In this document: piece after piece, positions 50,105 to 51,674 of the stretch
Numbering within the stretch: position 1 is the stretch's first letter
How the letters are laid out: each line of letters opens with the position of its first letter
Assembly (NCBI RefSeq): GCF_001194135.2
Contig: NC_068986.1
Span: forward strand, 80,032,875-80,084,548
Direction: 5' to 3'
From: Octopus bimaculoides
Lineage: Eukaryota
Length of the DNA: 51,674 bases
Made by a program: the position numbers and the translations under genes
The notes under the pieces: model-generated
Seen by the model: the letters and a program-made list of their open reading frames with translations, nothing else
The model's database searches: none
What the model was told of the DNA's origin: nothing

Positions 50105-50560
50105 GAACTCCTACAAAATGTGTTAAGTGACTCTTCTGATTCTCAACTCAACCAACCACCTCCCAGCACCCTCACATCACACCACGCACACACTACAACT
50201 GACCAACTCCTTTCTCCCCTCCCCATTTTCACACATGCATACGTCAAGATCACCAGCATTCTATCTCTCACAAACACAGCCCCTCGTTCTTCGATCACCG
50301 TTCTTTCTCCCCCTTTTGTTATCTCCCCCTTTTCTTAGCTCTCCTGTGTAAAATTTCTAACTTCCGGTCAGCCATAGCTATGACTGACCGTTGACCGAAC
50401 ACTATTCAATTTTTTTTCTCCGTGTTTTTCTCCTTGTCTCCGTATTCTTTCTGTTGAAGAGCGTAGCTCGAAACGTTAAAGACATTCCGTATTCCCGAGC
50501 GTCATACTAATACATCCTTTTGTTGTTTACACCACCTGTCCTCGTCTGTTGTTGTTTTTC
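50105..50560 (+). mobile_element. Penelope-like terminal-repeat (pLTR-like) fragment
   Basis: C-rich then T-rich sequence around a minimal hammerhead, bounded by (TAA)n at 50022-50104 and (TACA)n. Confidence 0.5.
50446..50482 (+). ncRNA. Minimal type I hammerhead-like motif with variant core
   Basis: TCTTT-CTGTTGA-A-GAGC(GTA)GCTC-GAAA-CGT-T-AAAGA; perfect helices I and II, A6 replaced by U. Confidence 0.65.
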
Positions 50561-51616
50561 GTACATTCTCCCATATACATACATACATACATACATACAT
50601 ATGAAGAAAGGGGTTGTACCCCTGTGTTTGTGGGTCTTCTATGCTTAGAACAATCCATGCAATTTCTACGATTAATTTTACACAGTTGTTTGGACTCGTC
50701 GTTGAAGTTTAGCCTAGGGCCAAACCTGATCAGACAGATTTAAGATCAAAAGTATTTCAGACGTGACCGTCCGCTTTATTTTATTTTTTTTTCATTTTCC
50801 TCCTAAGTGCAAAGAACCCAAGATTACATAATTAATGTGATTCTTCCCCAAGACTACGCAATGTGATTTGTGGGAGATTTGGCTGCTATCTCAAGCAAAT
50901 CGAGCGACCACGTAAAGACACTTTTATTTGGTTTGCAATCTGTTTTTTCTGGTTAGATATGGAGCAGTGTGATATATAGTGGTTGTATATGATGCATAGT
51001 AATTGAGTGCAGATATATACAGTGATTGGGTATATAACAGTATAGTGAATGGGTATAAAGTTCTATGATGTACAAGAAATAAGTAGGAGTAGTGCTGTAC
51101 AGTAAAACTGTGCAGCATTAGAGAAATACATTAGACAAATTGAATATAATTATATACAGGTGTTATCTCTTAACCACCTCCATATGTCATCAATCAGAAA
51201 CACACAATAGTACACAGCACTCTGGCGCGCGCGCACACACATATGCACACATAGCTACTTACAGTTTCTGTCGACATATGCATAAAGTGGGAAACTGAGC
51301 AGCGACTGAGTAAATCAGCAGCTCCTTTTATACATACATACATACAAACATACATTCATACATACATACATACATACATATAAGTATGTATGTATGTATA
51401 CATACTGTATATACATACATATATACAGTTGAAAAAGGTTAGAGATTTATACAAATATAGTTACAGATATGTAACTATATGCATGACAATATATACATAA
51501 AGTAAAACATACAAATCTGCACATATACCTACATACATGCATACATACATACATTCAAAAATACCCTGTTGTAGTTGAAATTCCAGTGAACGAGCCTTGG
51601 ATCTAGGTTAGAAACC

Positions 51617-51617
<1 letters not shown>

Positions 51618-51674
<57 letters not shown>
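51618..51674. repeat. (CT)n microsatellite
   Basis: Direct reading. Confidence 0.95.

Overview
AT-rich, microsatellite- and SINE-dense animal DNA with many N gaps. The repeat families look like those of an octopus short-read assembly; that is my inference and not a database result. The only confidently recognised host coding sequence is one minus-strand exon (36595-36693). It encodes the first half of an N-terminal PDZ domain (MISSGILTVTLDGGAPWGFRLQGGGTNPLQVLK) of the SYNPO2/Shroom/PDLIM type. No second PDZ exon was found in the sequenced bases downstream, so most of the window is probably a very large intron. The mobile-element content is a frameshifted Penelope-like RT with a fold-back 5' end, an RTE LINE 3' fragment, a truncated Chapaev3-like DNA transposon, an hAT MITE and three SINE families. 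The most interesting signal is a set of minimal type I hammerhead ribozyme motifs in unrelated repeats: 3921-3960 (+), 43305-43350 (-), 50446-50482 (+, atypical CUGUUGA core), and decayed versions near 7961 and 35945. There are also many near-perfect inverted repeats, including a 210-bp pair identical at 209 positions that flanks an exon-like segment. Most entries in the ORF track are gap or microsatellite artefacts. All alignments and folds were done by eye.
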